Shown here: one piece after another, positions 40,501 to 58,500 of the stretch
Numbering within the stretch: the first letter of the stretch is position 1
How the letters are laid out: each line of letters opens with the position of its first letter
Notes under the pieces: model-generated
What the model saw: only the letters and a program-made list of their open reading frames with translations
What the model was told of the DNA's origin: nothing
Database searches by the model: none
Program-made: the position numbers and the translations under genes
Source of the DNA: Eledone cirrhosa
Lineage: Eukaryota
NCBI GenBank assembly: GCA_964016885.1
Contig: CAXHJY010000082.1
Coordinates: 62,001-126,000 of the forward strand
Direction of reading: 5' to 3'
Length of the DNA stretch: 64,000 bases

Positions 40501-43500
40501 GATGATGACTATGCTGATGATGACTACGGTGATGATGACTCTGGCGATGATGACTATGGTGATGATGACTCTGGTGATGATGACGCTGGTGATGATGACT
40601 ATGGTGATGATGACTCTGGTGATGATGCCTCTGGTGATGATGACTCTGGTGATGATGACTCTGACGATGATGACTATGGTGATGATGACTCTGACGATGA
40701 TGACTATGGTGATGATGACTCTGACGTTGATGACTCTGGTGATGATGACTATGGTGATGATGACTATGGTGATGATGACTATGGTGATGATGTCTATGGT
40801 GATGATGACTATGGTGATGATGACTATTGTGATGATGACTATGGTGATGATGACTCTAGTGATGATGACTATGGTGATGATGACTATGGTGATGATGACT
40901 ATGGTGATGATGACTATGTTGATGATGACTATGGTGATGATGACTATGGTGATGATGACTATGGTGATGATGACTCTGGTGATAATGACTATGGTGATGA
41001 TGACTATGGTGATGATGACTCTGACGATGATGACTCTGGTGATGATGACTCTGGTGATGATGACTATGGTGATGATGACTCTGGTGATGATGACTATGGT
41101 GATGATGACTCTGGTGATGATGACACTGGTGATGATGACTATGGTGATGATGACTATGGTGATGATGACTCTGGTGATGATGACTCTGACGATGATGACT
41201 CTGGTGATGATGACTATGGTGATGATGACTCTGATGATGATGACTATGGTGATGATCACTATGGTGATGATGACTATGGTGATGATGACTCTGGTGATGA
41301 TGACTATGGTGATGATGACTCTGACGATGATGACTCTGGTGATGATGACTATGGTGATGATGACTATGGTGATGATGACTCTGGTGATGATGACTCTGAT
41401 GATGATGACTCTGGTGATGATGACTCTGACGATGATGACTATGGTGATGATGACTCTGACGATGATGACTATGGTGATGATGACTCTGACGATGATGACT
41501 CTGGTGATGATGACTATGGTGATGATGACTATGGTGATGATGACTATGGTGATGATGACTATGGTGATGATGACTATGGTGATGATGACTATGGTGATGA
41601 TGACTATGGTGATGATGACTATGGTGATGATGACTATGGTGATGATGACTATGGTGATGATGACTCTGACGATGATGACTATGGTGATGATGACTATGGT
41701 GATGATGACTATGGTGATGATGACTATGGTGATGATGACTATGGTGATGATGACTCTGCTGATGATGACTATGGTGATGATGACTCTGGTGATGATGACT
41801 ATGGTGATGATGACTATGGTGATGAAGACTATGGTGATGATGACTCTGGTGATGATGACTCTGGTGATGATGACTATGGTGATGATGACTCTGACGATGA
41901 TGACTCTGGTGATGATGACTATGGTGATGATGACTATGCTGATGATGACTACGGTGATGATGACTCTGGCGATGATGACTATGGTGATGATGACTCTGGT
42001 GATGATGACTCTGGTGATGATGACTATGGTGATGATGACTCTGGTGATGATGCCTCTGGTGATGATGACTCTGGTGATGATGACTCTGACGATGATGACT
42101 ATGGTGATGATGACTCTGACGATGATGACTATGGTGATGATGACTCTGACGTTGATGACTCTGGTGATGATGACTATGGTGATGATGACTATGGTGATGA
42201 TGACTATGGTGATGATGTCTATGGTGATGATGACTATGGTGATGATGACTATGGTGATGATGACTATGGTGATGATGACTCTAGTGATGATGACTATGGT
42301 GATGATGACTATGGTGATGATGACTATGGTGATGATGACTATGGTGATGATGACTATGGTGATGATGACTATGGTGATGATGACTATGGTGATGATGACT
42401 CTGGTGATAATGACTATGGTGATGATGACTATGGTGATGATGACTCTGACGATGATGACTCTGGTGATGATGACTCTGGTGATGATGACTATGGTGATGA
42501 TGACTCTGGTGATGATGACTATGGTGATGATGACTCTGGTGATGATGACTCTGGTGATGATGACTATGGTGATGATGACTATGGTGATGATGACTCTGGT
42601 GATGATGACTCTGACGATGATGACTATGGTGATGATGACTATGGTGATGATGACTATGGTGATGATGACTCTGGTGATGATGACTATGGTGATGATGACT
42701 CTGGTGATGATGACTATGGTGATGATGACTATGGTGATGATGACTATGGTGATGATGACTCTGACGATGATGACTGGTGATGATGACTATGGTGATGATG
42801 ACTCTGGTGATGATGACTATGGTGATGATGACTCTGATGATGATGACTCTGGTGATGATGACTATGGTGATGATGACTATGGTGATGATGACTCTGGTGA
42901 TGATGACTCTGGTGATGATGACTATGGTGATGATGACTATGGTTATGATGACTCTGGTGATGATGACTATGGTGATGATGACTCTGAGGATGATGACTAT
43001 GGTGATGATGACTATGGTGATGATGACTATGGTAATCATGACTATGGTGATGATGACTATGGTGATGATGACTCTGACGATGATGACTATGGTGATGATG
43101 ACTATGGTGATGATGACTATGGTGATGATGACTCTGGTGATGATGACTATGGTGATGATGACTATGGTGATGATGACTATGGTGATGATGACTATGGTGA
43201 TGATGACTCTGACGATGATGACTCTGGTGATGATGACTATGGTGATGATGACTATGCTGATGATGACTATGGTGATGATGACTCTGGCGATGATGACTAT
43301 GGTGATGATGACTCTGGTGATGATGACTCTGGTGATGATGACTATGGTGATGATGACTCTGGTGATGATGACTCTGGTGATGATGACTCTGGTGATGATG
43401 ACTCTGACGATGATGACTATGGTGATGATGACTCTGACGATGATGACTATGGTGATGATGACTCTGACGATGATGACTCTGGTGATGATGACTATGGTGA

Positions 43501-46500
43501 TGATGACTATGGTGATGATGACTATGGTGATGATGACTATGGTGATGATGACTATGGTGATGATGACTATGGTGATGATGATTCTGACGATAATGACTAT
43601 GGTGATGATAACTATGGTGATGATGACTATGGTGATGATGACACTGGTGATGATGACTCTGGTGATGATGACTCTGGTGATGATGACTCTGGTGATGATG
43701 ACTATGGTGATGATGACTATGGTGATGATGACTATGGTGATGATGACTCTGGTGATGATGACTATGGTGATGATGATTCTGAAGATGATGACTATGGTGA
43801 TGATGACTATGGTGATGATGACTATGGTGATGATGATTCTGACGATGATGACTATGGTGATGATGACTATGGTGATGATGACTATGGTGATGATGACTCT
43901 GGTGATGATGACTATGGTGATGATGACTCTAGTGATGATGACTCTGGTGATGATGACTATGGTGATGATGACTATGGTGATGATGACTATGGTGATGATG
44001 ACTATGGTGATGATGACTATGGTGATGATGACTCTGACGATGATGACTATGGTGATGATGACTATGGTGATGATGACTATGGTGATGATGACTATGGTGA
44101 TGATGACTATGGTGATGATGACTCTGACGATGATGACTATGGTGATGATGACTATGGTGATGATGACTATGGTGATGATGACTCTGGTGATGATGACTAT
44201 GGTGATGATAACTATGGTGATGATGACTCTGACGATGATGACTATGGTGATGATGACTATGGTGATGATGACTATGGTCATGATGACTATGGTGATGATG
44301 ACTCTGGTGATGATGACTATCGTGATGATGACTCTGGTGATGATGACTATGATGATGATGACTATGGTGATGATGACTATGGTGATGATGACACTGGTGA
44401 TGATGACTATGGTGATGATGACTATGGTGATGATGACTCTGGTGATGATGACTATGGTGATGATGACTATGGTGATGATGTCTATGGTGATGATGACTAT
44501 GGTGATGATGACTATGGTGATGATGACTCTGGTGATGATGACTATGGTGATGATGAATATGGTGATGATGACTATGGTGATGATGACTATGGTGATGATG
44601 ACTATGGTGATGATGACTCTGGTGATGATGACTATGGTGATGATGAATATGGTGATGATGACTATGGTGATGATGACTATGGTGATGATGACTCTGACGA
44701 TGATGACTATGGTGATGATGACTATGGTGATGATGACTCTGGTGATGATGACTATGGTGATGATGACTATGGTGATGATGACTCTGGTGATGATGACTAT
44801 GGTGATGATGACTATGGTGATGATGACTCTGGTGATGATGACTATGGTGATGATGACTATAGTGATGATGACTATGGTGATGATGACTCTGACGATGTTG
44901 ACTATGGTGATGATGACTATGGTGATGATGACTCTGGTGATGATGACTCTGGTGATGATGACTATAGTGATGATGACTATGGTGATGATGACTCTGACGA
45001 TGATGACTATGGTGATGATGACTATGGTGATGATGACTATGGTGATGATGACTATGGTGATGATGACTCTGGTGATGATGACTATCGTGATGATGACTCT
45101 GGTGATGATGACTATGATGATGATGACTATGGTGATGATGACTATGGTGATGATGACTCTGGTGATGATGACTATGGTGATGATGACTATGGTGATGATG
45201 ACTCTGGTGATGATGACTATGGTGATGATGACTATGGTGATGATGTCTATGGTGATGATGACTCTGGTGATGATGACTATGGTGATGATGACTATGGTGA
45301 TGATGTCTATGGTGATGATGACTATGGTGATGATGACTATGGTGATGATGACTCTGGTGATGATGACTCTGGTGATGATGACTATGGTGATGATGACTAT
45401 GGTGATGATGACTATGGTGATGATGACTCTGGTGATGATGACTATGGGGATGATGACTATGATGATGATGACTCTGGTGATGATGACTATGGTGATGATG
45501 ACTCTGGTGATGATGACTATGGTGATGATGACTCTGGTGATGATGACTATGGTGATGATGACTCTGGTGATGATGACTATGGGGATGATGACTATGGTGA
45601 TGATGACTCTGGTGATGATGACTATGGGGATGATGACTATGGTGATGATGACTCTGGTGATGATGACTATGGTGATGATGACTCTGGTGATGATGACTAT
45701 GGTGATGATGACTATGGTGATGATGACTCTGGTGATGATGACTCTGGTGATGATGACTATGGTGATGATGACTATGGTTATGATGACTCTGGTGATGATG
45801 ACTATGGTGATGATGACTCTGAGGATGATGACTATGGTGATGATGTCTATGGTGATGATGACTATGGTGATGATGACTATGGTGATGATGACTATGGTGA
45901 TGATGACTCTGACGATGATGACTATGGTGATGATGACTATGGTGATGATGACTATGGTGATGATGACTCTGGTGATGATGACTATGGTGATGATGACTAT
46001 GGTGATGATGACTATGGTGATGATGACTATGGTGATGATGACTCTGGTGATGATGACTATGGTGATGATGACTCTGGTGATGATGACTCTGGTGATGATG
46101 ACTATGGTGATGATGACTCTGACGATGATGACTCTGGTGATGATGACTATGGTGATGATGACTATGCTGATGATGACTATGGTGATGATGACTCTGGCGA
46201 TGATGACTATGGTGATGATGACTCTGGTGATGATGACTCTGGTGATGATGACTATGGTGATGATGACTCTGGTGATGATGACTCTAGTGATGATGACTCT
46301 GGTGATGATGACTCTGACGATGATGACTATGGTGATGATGACTCTGACGATGATGACTCTGGTGATGATGACTATGGTGATGATGACTCTGATGATGATG
46401 ACTATGGTGATGATCACTATGGTGATGATGACTATGGTGATGATGACTCTGGTGATGATGACTATGGTGATGATGACTCTGACGATGATGACTCTGGTGA

Positions 46501-49500
46501 TGATGACTATGGTGATGATGACTATGGTGATGATGACTCTGGTGATGATGACTCTGATGATGATGACTCTGGTGATGATGACTCTGACGATGATGACTAT
46601 GGTGATGATGACTCTGACGATGATGACTATGGTGATGATGACTCTGACGATGATGACTATGGTGATGATGACTATGGTGATGATGACTATGGTGATGATG
46701 ACTATGGTGATGATGACTATGGTGATGATGACTATGGTGATGATGACTATGGTGATGATGACTATGGTGATGATGACTATGGTGATGATGACTATGGTGA
46801 TGATGACTATGGTGATGATGACTCTGACGATGATGACTATGGTGATGATGACTATGGTGATGATGACTATGGTGATGATGACTATGGTGATGATGACTAT
46901 GGTGATGATGACTCTGCTGATGATGACTATGGTGATGATGACTCTGGTGATGATGACTATGGTGATGATGACTATGGTGATGAAGACTATGGTGATGATG
47001 ACTCTGGTGATGATGACTCTGGTGATGATGACTATGGTGATGATGACTCTGACGATGATGACTCTGGTGATGATGACTATGGTGATGATGACTATGCTGA
47101 TGATGACTACGGTGATGATGACTCTGGCGATGATGACTATGGTGATGATGACTCTGGTGATGATGACTCTGGTTATGATGACTATGGTGATGATGACTCT
47201 GGTGATGATGCCTCTGGTGATGATGACTCTGGTGATGATGACTCTGACGATGATGACTATGGTGATGATGACTCTGACGATGATGACTATGGTGATGATG
47301 ACTCTGACGTTGATGACTCTGGTGATGATGACTATGGTGATGATGACTATGGTGATGATGACTATGGTGATGATGTCTATGGTGATGATGACTATGGTGA
47401 TGATGACTATGGTGATGATGACTATGGTGATGATGACTCTAGTGATGATGACTATGGTGATGATGACTATGGTGATGATGACTATGGTGATGATGACTCT
47501 GACGATGATGACTCTGGTGATGATGACTCTGGTGATGATGACTATGGTGATGATGACTCTGGTGATGATGACTATGGTGATGATGACTCTGGTGATGATG
47601 ACTCTGGTGATGATGACTATGGTGATGATGACTATGGTGATGATGACTCTGGTGATGATGACTCTGACGATGATGACTATGGTGATGATGACTATGGTGA
47701 TGATGACTATGGTGATGATGACTATGGTGATGATGACTATGGTGATGATGACTATGGTGATGATGACTATGGTGATGATGACTCTGGTGATGATGACTAT
47801 GGTGATGATGACTCTGGTGATGATGACTATGGTGATGATGACTATGGTGATGATGACTATGGTGATGATGACTCTGACGATGATGACTGGTGATGATGAC
47901 TATGGTGATGATGACTCTGGTGATGATGACTATGGTGATGATGACTCTGATGATGATGACTCTGGTGATGATGACTATGGTGATGATGACTATGGTGATG
48001 ATGACTCTGGTGATGATGACTCTGGTGATGATGACTATGGTGATGATGACTATGGTTATGATGACTCTGGTGATGATGACTATGGTGATGATGACTCTGA
48101 GGATGATGACTATGGTGATGATGACTATGGTGATGATGACTATGGTGATCATGACTATGGTGATGATGACTATGGTGATGATGACTCTGACGATGATGAC
48201 TATGGTGATGATGACTATGGTGATGATGACTATGGTGATGATGACTATGTTGATGATGACTATGGTGATGATGACTCTGGTGATGATGACTATGGTGATG
48301 ATGACTCTGGTGATGATGACTCTGGTGATGATGACTATGGTGATGATGACTCTGACGATGATGACTCTGGTGATGATGACTATGGTGATGATGACTATGC
48401 TGATGATGACTATGGTGATGATGACTCTGGCGATGATGACTATGGTGATGATGACTCTGGTGATGATGACTCTGGTGATGATGACTATGGTGATGATGAC
48501 TCTGGTGATGATGACTCTGGTGATGATGACTCTGGTGATGATGACTCTGACGATGATGACTATGGTGATGATGACTCTGACGATGATGACTATGGTGATG
48601 ATGACTCTGACGATGATGACTCTGGTGATGATGACTATGGTGATGATGACTATGGTGATGATGACTATGGTGATGATGACTATGGTGATGATGACTATGG
48701 TGATGATGATTCTGACGATAATGACTATGGTGATGATAACTATGGTGATGATGACTATGGTGATGATGACTCTGGTGATGATGACTCTGGTGATGATGAC
48801 TCTGGTGATGATGACTCTGGTGATGATGACTATGGTGATGATGACTATGGTGATGATGACTATGGTGATGATGACTCTGGTGATGATGACTATGGTGATG
48901 ATGATTCTGAAGATGATGACTATGGTGATGATGACTATGGTGATGATGACTATGGTGATGATGATTCTGACGATGATGACTATGGTGATGATGACTATGG
49001 TGATGATGACTATGGTGATGATGACTCTGGTGATGATGACTATGGTGATGATGACTCTAGTGATGATGACTCTGGTGATGATGACTATGGTGATGATGAC
49101 TATGGTGATGATGACTATGGTGATGATGACTATGGTGATGATGACTATGGTGATGATGACTCTGACGATGATGACTCTGGTGATGATGACTATGGTGATG
49201 ATGACTATGGTGATGATGACTATGGTGATGATGACTATGGTGATGATGACTCTGACGATGATGACTATGGTGATGATGACTATGGTGATGATGACTATGG
49301 TGATGATGACTCTGGTGATGATGACTATGGTGATGATAACTATGGTGATGATGACTCTGACGATGATGACTATGGTGATGATGACTATGGTGATGATGAC
49401 TATGGTCATGATGACTATGGTGATGATGACTCTGGTGATGATGACTATCGTGATGATGACTCTGGTGATGATGACTATGATGATGATGACTATGGTGATG

Positions 49501-52500
49501 ATGACTATGGTGATGATGACTCTGGTGATGATGACTATGGTGATGATGACTATGGTGATGATGACTCTGGTGATGATGACTATGGTGATGATGACTATGG
49601 TGATGATGTCTATGGTGATGATGACTCTGGTGATGATGACTATGGTGATGATGACTATGGTGATGATGACTATGGTGATGATGACTATGGTGATGATGAC
49701 TATGGTGATGATGACTCTGGTGATGATGACTCTGGTGATGATGACTATGGTGATGATGACTCTGGTGATGATGACTATGGTGATGATGACTATGGTGATG
49801 ATGACTATGGTGATGATGACTATGGTGATGATGACTCTGGTGATGATGACTATCGTGATGATGACTATGGTGATGATGACTATGGTGATGATGACTATGG
49901 TGATGATGACTCTGGTGATGATGACTATGGTGATGATGAATATGGTGATGATGACTATGGTGATGATGACTATGGTGATGATGACTATGGTGATGATGAC
50001 TCTGGTGATGATGACTATGGTGATGATGAATATGGTGATGATGACTATGGTGATGATGACTATGGTGATGATGACTCTGACGATGATGACTATGGTGATG
50101 ATGACTATGGTGATGATGACTCTGGTGATGATGACTATGGTGATGATGACTATGGTGATGATGACTCTGGTGATGATGACTATGGTGATGATGACTATGG
50201 TGATGATGACTCTGGTGATGATGACTATGGTGATGATGACTCTGGTGATGATGAATATAGTGATGATGACTATGGTGATGATGACTCTGACGATGTTGAC
50301 TATGGTGATGATGACTATGGTGATGATGACTCTGGTGATGATGACTCTGGTGATGATGACTATAGTGATGATGACTATGGTGATGATGACTCTGACGATG
50401 ATGACTATGGTGATGATGACTATGGTGATGATGACTATGGTGATGATGACTATGGTGATGATGACTCTGGTGATGATGACTATCGTGATGATGACTCTGG
50501 TGATGATGACTATGATGATGATGACTATGGTGATGATGACTATGGTGATGATGACTCTGGTGATGATGACTATGGTGATGATGACTATGGTGATGATGAC
50601 TCTGGTGATGATGACTATGGTGATGATGACTATGGTGATGATGTCTATGGTGATGATGACTCTGGTGATGATGACTATGGTGATGATGACTATGGTGATG
50701 ATGACTATGGTGATGATGACTATGGTGATGATGACTATGGTGATGATGACTATGGTGATGATGACTCTGGTGATGATGACTCTGGTGATGATGACTATGG
50801 TGATGATGACTATGGTGATGATGACTATGGTGATGATGACTCTGGTGATGATGACTATGGGGATGATGACTATGGTGATGATGACTCTGGTGATGATGAC
50901 TATGGTGATGATGACTCTGGTGATGATGACTATGGTGATGATGACTCTGGTGATGATGACTATGGTGATGATGACTCTGGTGATGATGACTATGGGGATG
51001 ATGACTATGGTGATGATGACTCTGGTGATGATGACTATGGGGATGATGAGTATGGTGATGATGACTCTGGTGATGATGACTATGGTGATGATGACTCTGG
51101 TGATGATGACTATGGTGATGATGACTATGGTGATGATGACTCTGGTGATGATGACTCTGGTGATGATGACTATGGTGATGATGACTATGGTTATGATGAC
51201 TCTGGTGATGATGACTATGGTGATGATGACTCTGAGGATGATGACTATGGTGATGATGACTATGGTGATGATGACTATGGTGATGATGACTATGGTGATG
51301 ATGACTATGTTAATGATGACTCTGACGATGATGACTATGGTGATGATGACTATGGTGATGATGACTATGGTGATGATGACTCTGGTGATGATGACTATGG
51401 TGATGATGACTATGGTGATGATGACTATGGTGATGATGACTATGGTGATGATGACTCTGGTGATGATGACTATGGTGATGATGACTCTGGTGATGATGAC
51501 TCTGGTGATGATGACTATGGTGATGAATGCTCTGACGATGATGACTCTGGTGATGATGACTATGGTGATGATGACTATGCTGATGATGACTATGGTGATG
51601 ATGACTCTGGCGATGATGACTATGGTGATGATGACTCTGGTGATGATGACTCTGGTGATGATGACTATGGTGATGATGACTCTGGTGATGATGACTCTAG
51701 TGATGATGACTCTGGTGATGATGACTCTGACGATGATGACTATGGTGATGATGACTCTGACGATGATGACTATGGTGATGATGACTCTGACGATGATGAC
51801 TCTGGTGATGATGACTATGGTGATGATGACTATGGTGATGATGACTATGGTGATGATGATTCTGAAGATGATGACTATGGTGATGATGACTATGGTGATG
51901 ATGACTATGGTGATGATGATTCTGACGATGATGACTATGGTGATGATGACTATGGTGATGATGACTATGGTGATGATGACTCTGGTGATGATGACTATGG
52001 TGATGATGACTCTAGTGATGATGACTCTGGTGATGATGACTATGGTGATGATGACTATGGTGATGATGACTATGGTGATGATGACTATGGTGATGATGAC
52101 TATGGTGATGATGACTCTGACGATGATGACTATGGTGATGATGACTATGGTGATGATGACTATGGTGATGATGACTATGGTGATGATGACTATGGTGATG
52201 ATGACTCTGACGATGATGACTATGGTGATGATGACTATGGTGATGATGACTATGGTGATGATGACTCTGGTGATGATGACTATGGTGATGATAACTATGG
52301 TGATGATGACTATGGTGATGATGACTCTGACGATGATGACTATGGTGATGATGAATATGGTGATGATGACTCTGGTGATGATGACTCTGACGATGATGAC
52401 TATGGTGATGATGACTATGGTGATGATGACTCTGACGATGATGACTATGGTGATGATGACTATGGTGATGATAACTATGGTGATGATGACTATGGGGATG

Positions 52501-55500
52501 ATGACTCTGACGATGATGACTATGGTGATGATGACTATGGTGATGATGACTATGGTGATGATGACTATTGTGATGATGACTCTGGTGATGATGACTATGG
52601 TTATGATGACTATGGTGATGATGACTCTGACGATGATGACTATGGTGATGATGACTCTGGTGATGATGACTCTGACGATGATGACTATGGTGATGATGAC
52701 TCTGACGATGATGACTATGGTGATGATGACTCTGACGATGATGACTCTGGTGATGATGACTATGGTGATGATGACTATGGTGATGATGACTATGGTGATG
52801 ATGTCTATGGTGATGATGACTATGGTGATGATGACTACGGTGATGATGACTATGGTGATGATGACTCTGGTGATGATGACTATGGTGATGATGACTATGG
52901 TGATGATGACTATGGTGATGATGTCTATGGTGATGATGACTATGGTGATGATGACTATGGTGATGATGACTCTGGTGATGATGACTATGGTGATGATGAC
53001 TATGGTGATGATGACTCTGACGATGATGACTATGGTGATGATGACTATGGTGATGATGACTATGGTGATGATGACTATGGTGATGATGACTATGGTGATG
53101 ATGACTATGGTGATGATGACTCTGCTGATGATGACTATGGTGATGATGACTCTGGTGATGATGACTATGGTGATGATGACTATGGTGATGATGACTATGG
53201 TGATGATGACTCTGGTGATGATGACTCTGGTATTGATGACTATGGTGATGATGACTCTGACGATGATGACTCTGGTGATGATGACTATGGTGATGATGAC
53301 TATGCTGATGATGACTACGGTGATGATGACTCTGGCGATGATGACTATGGTGATGATGACTCTGGTGATGATGACGCTGGTGATGATGACTATGGTGATG
53401 ATGACTCTGGTGATGATGACTCTAGTGATGATGACTCTGGTGATGATGACTCTGACGATGATGACTATGGTGATGATGACTCTGACGATGATGACTATGG
53501 TGATGATGACTCTGACGATGATGACTCTGGTGATGATGACTATGGTGATGATGACTATGGTGATGATGACTATGGTGATGATGATTCTGAAGATGATGAC
53601 TATGGTGATGATGACTATGGTGATGATGACTATGGTGATGATGATTCTGACGATGATGACTATGGTGATGATGACTATGGTGATGATGACTATGGTGATG
53701 ATGACTCTGGTGATGATGACTATGGTGATGATGACTCTAGTGATGATGACTCTGGTGATGATGACTATGGTGATGATGACTATGGTGATGATGACTATGG
53801 TGATGATGACTATGGTGATGATGACTATGGTGATGATGACTCTGACGATGATGACTATGGTGATGATGACTATGGTGATGATGACTATGGTGATGATGAC
53901 TATGGTGATGATGACTATGGTGATGATGACTCTGACGATGATGACTATGGTGATGATGACTATGGTGATGATGACTATGGTGATGATGACTCTGGTGATG
54001 ATGACTATGGTGATGATAACTATGGTGATGATGACTATGGTGATGATGACTCTGACGATGATGACTATGGTGATGATGAATATGGTGATGATGACTCTGG
54101 TGATGATGACTCTGACGATGATGACTATGGTGATGATGACTATGGTGATGATGACTCTGACGATGATGACTATGGTGATGATGACTATGGTGATGATGAC
54201 TATGGTGATGATGACTATGGTGATGATAACTATGGTGATGATGACTATGGGGATGATGACTCTGACGATGATGACTATGGTGATGATGACTATGGTGATG
54301 ATGACTATGGTGATGATGACTATTGTGATGATGACTCTGGTGATGATGACTATGGTTATGATGACTATGGTGATGATGACTCTGACGATGATGACTATGG
54401 TGATGATGACTCTGGTGATGATGACTCTGACGATGATGACTATGGTGATGATGACTCTGACGATGATGACTATGGTGATGATGACTCTGACGATGATGAC
54501 TCTGGTGATGATGACTATGGTGATGATGACTATGGTGATGATGACTATGGTGATGATGTCTATGGTGATGATGACTATGGTGATGATGACTACGGTGATG
54601 ATGACTATGGTGATGATGACTCTGGTGATGATGACTATGGTGATGATGACTATGGTGATGATGACTATGGTGATGATGTCTATGGTGATGATGACTATGG
54701 TGATGATGACTATGGTGATGATGACTCTGGTGATGATGACTATGGTGATGATGACTATGGTGATGATGACTCTGACGATGATGACTATGGTGATGATGAC
54801 TATGGTGATGATGACTATGGTGATGATGACTATGGTGATGATGACTATGGTGATGATGACTATGGTGATGATGACTCTGCTGATGATGACTATGGTGATG
54901 ATGACTCTGGTGATGATGACTATGGTGATGATGACTATGGTGATGATGACTATGGTGATGATGACTCTGGTGATGATGACTCTGGTATTGATGACTATGG
55001 TGATGATGACTCTGACGATGATGACTCTGGTGATGATGACTATGGTGATGATGACTATGCTGATGATGACTACGGTGATGATGACTCTGGCGATGATGAC
55101 TATGGTGATGATGACTCTGGTGATGATGACGCTGGTGATGATGACTATGGTGATGATGACTCTGGTGATGATGCCTCTGGTGATGATGACTCTGGTGATG
55201 ATGACTCTGACGATGATGACTATGGTGATGATGACTCTGACGATGATGACTATGGTGATGATGACTCTGACGTTGATGACTCTGGTGATGATGACTATGG
55301 TGATGATGACTATGGTGATGATGACTATGGTGATGATGTCTATGGTGATGATGACTATGGTGATGATGACTATTGTGATGATGACTATGGTGATGATGAC
55401 TCTAGTGATGATGACTATGGTGATGATGACTATGGTGATGATGACTATGGTGATGATGACTATGTTGATGATGACTATGGTGATGATGACTATGGTGATG

Positions 55501-58500
55501 ATGACTATGGTGATGATGACTCTGGTGATAATGACTATGGTGATGATGACTATGGTGATGATGACTCTGACGATGATGACTCTGGTGATGATGACTCTGG
55601 TGATGATGACTATGGTGATGATGACTCTGGTGATGATGACTATGGTGATGATGACTCTGGTGATGATGACACTGGTGATGATGACTATGGTGATGATGAC
55701 TATGGTGATGATGACTCTGGTGATGATGACTCTGACGATGATGACTATGGTGATGATGACTATGGTGATGATGACTATCGTGATGATGACTATGGTGATG
55801 ATGACTATGGTGATGATGACTATGGTGATGATGACTATGGTGATGATGACTCTGGTGATGATGACTATGGTGATGATGACTCTGGTGATGATGACTATGG
55901 TGATGATGACTATGGTGATGATGACTATGGTGATGATGACTCTGACGATGATGACTCTGGTGATGATGACTATGGTGATGATGACTCTGATGATGATGAC
56001 TATGGTGATGATCACTATGGTGATGATGACTATGGTGATGATGACTCTGGTGATGATGACTATGGTGATGATGACTCTGACGATGATGACTCTGGTGATG
56101 ATGACTATGGTGATGATGACTATGGTGATGATGACTCTGGTGATGATGACTCTGGTGATGATGACTCTGGTGATGATGACTCTGACGATGATGACTATGG
56201 TGATGATGACTCTGACGATGATGACTATGGTGATGATGACTCTGACGATGATGACTCTGGTGATGATGACTATGGTGATGATGACTATGGTGATGATGAC
56301 TATGGTGATGATGTCTATGGTGATGATGACTATGGTGATGATGACTATGGTGATGATGACTATGGTGATGATGACTATGGTGATGATGACTATGGTGATG
56401 ATGACTATGGTGATGATGACTATGGTGATGATGACTATGGTGATGATGACTATGGTGATGATGACTCTGACGATGATGACTATGGTGATGATGACTATGG
56501 TGATGATGACTATGGTGATGATGACTATGGTGATGATGACTATGGTGATGATGACTCTGCTGATGATGACTATGGTGATGATGACTCTGGTGATGATGAC
56601 TATGGTGATGATGACTATGGTGATGAAGACTATGGTGATGATGACTCTGGTGATGATGACTCTGGTGATGATGACTATGGTGATGATGACTCTGACGATG
56701 ATGACTCTGGTGATGATGACTATGGTGATGATGACTATGCTGATGATGACTACGGTGATGATGACTCTGGCGATGATGACTATGGTGATGATGACTCTGG
56801 TGATGATGACTCTGGTGATGATGACTATGGTGATGATGACTCTGGTGATGATGCCTCTGGTGATGATGACTCTGGTGATGATGACTCTGACGATGATGAC
56901 TATGGTGATGATGACTATGGTGATGATGACTATGGTGATGATGACAATTGTGATGATGACTCTGGTGATGATGACTCTGACGATGATGACTATGGTGATG
57001 ATGACTCTGACGATGATGACTATGGTGATGATGACTCTGACGATGATGACTCTGGTGATGATGACTATGGTGATGATGACTATGGTGATGATGACTATGG
57101 TGATGATGATTCTGAAGATGATGACTATGGTGATGATGACTCTGACGATGATGACTATGGTGATGATGACTCTGACGATGATGACTATGGTGATGATGAC
57201 TCTGACGATGATGACTCTGGTGATGATGACTATGGTGATGATGACTATGGTGATGATGACTATGGTGATGATGTCTATGGTGATGATGACTATGGTGATG
57301 ATGACTATGGTGATGATGACTATGGTGATGATGACTATGGTGATGATGACTATGGTGATGATGACTATGGTGATGATGACTATGGTGATGATGACTATGG
57401 TGATGATGACTCTGACGATGATGACTCTGGTGATGATGACTATGGTGATGATGACTATGGTGATGATGACTCTGGTGATGATGACTCTGGTGATGATGAC
57501 TCTGGTGATGATGACTCTGACGATGATGACTATGGTGATGATGACTCTGACGATGATGACTATGGTGATGATGACTCTGACGATGATGACTCTGGTGATG
57601 ATGACTATGGTGATGATGACTATGGTGATGATGACTATGGTGATGATGTCTATGGTGATGATGACTATGGTGATGATGACTATGGTGATGATGACTATGG
57701 TGATGATGACTATGGTGATGATGACTATGGTGATGATGACTATGGTGATGATGACTATGGTGATGATGACTATGGTGATGATGACTATGGTGATGATGAC
57801 TATGGTGATGATGACTATGGTGATGATGACTATGGTGATGATGACTATGGTGATGATGACTCTGCTGATGATGACTATGGTGATGATGACTCTGGTGATG
57901 ATGACTATGGTGATGATGACTATGGTGATGAAGACTATGGTGATGATGACTCTGGTGATGATGACTCTGGTGATGATGACTATGGTGATGATGACTCTGA
58001 CGATGATGACTCTGGTGATGATGACTATGGTGATGATGACTATGCTGATGATGACTACGGTGATGATGACTCTGGCGATGATGACTATGGTGATGATGAC
58101 TCTGGTGATGATGACTCTGGTGATGATGACTATGGTGATGATTACTCTGGTGATGATGCCTCTGGTGATGATGACTCTGGTGATGATGACTCTGACGATG
58201 ATGACTATGGTGATGATGACTATGGTGATGATGACTATGGTGATGATGACTATTGTGATGATGACTCTGGTGATGATGACTCTGACGATGATGACTATGG
58301 TGATGATGACTCTGACGATGATGACTATGGTGATGATGACTCTGACGATGATGACTCTGGTGATGATGACTATGGTGATGATGACTATGGTGATGATGAC
58401 TATGGTGATGATGATTCTGAAGATGATGACTATGGTGATGATGACTATGGTGATGATGACTATGGTGATGATGATTCTGACGATGATGACTATGGTGATG

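Noticed and set aside
19543-56015. Giant ORFs reading (MMTMV)n on + and (IITIV)n/(HHHHS)n on -, including the 5007-aa ORF
   Set aside because: They are alternative-frame translations of a stop-poor 15-bp repeat. The 5007-aa ORF switches from MMTMV to DDDYG at a 2-bp deletion, so it is not a coherent protein.
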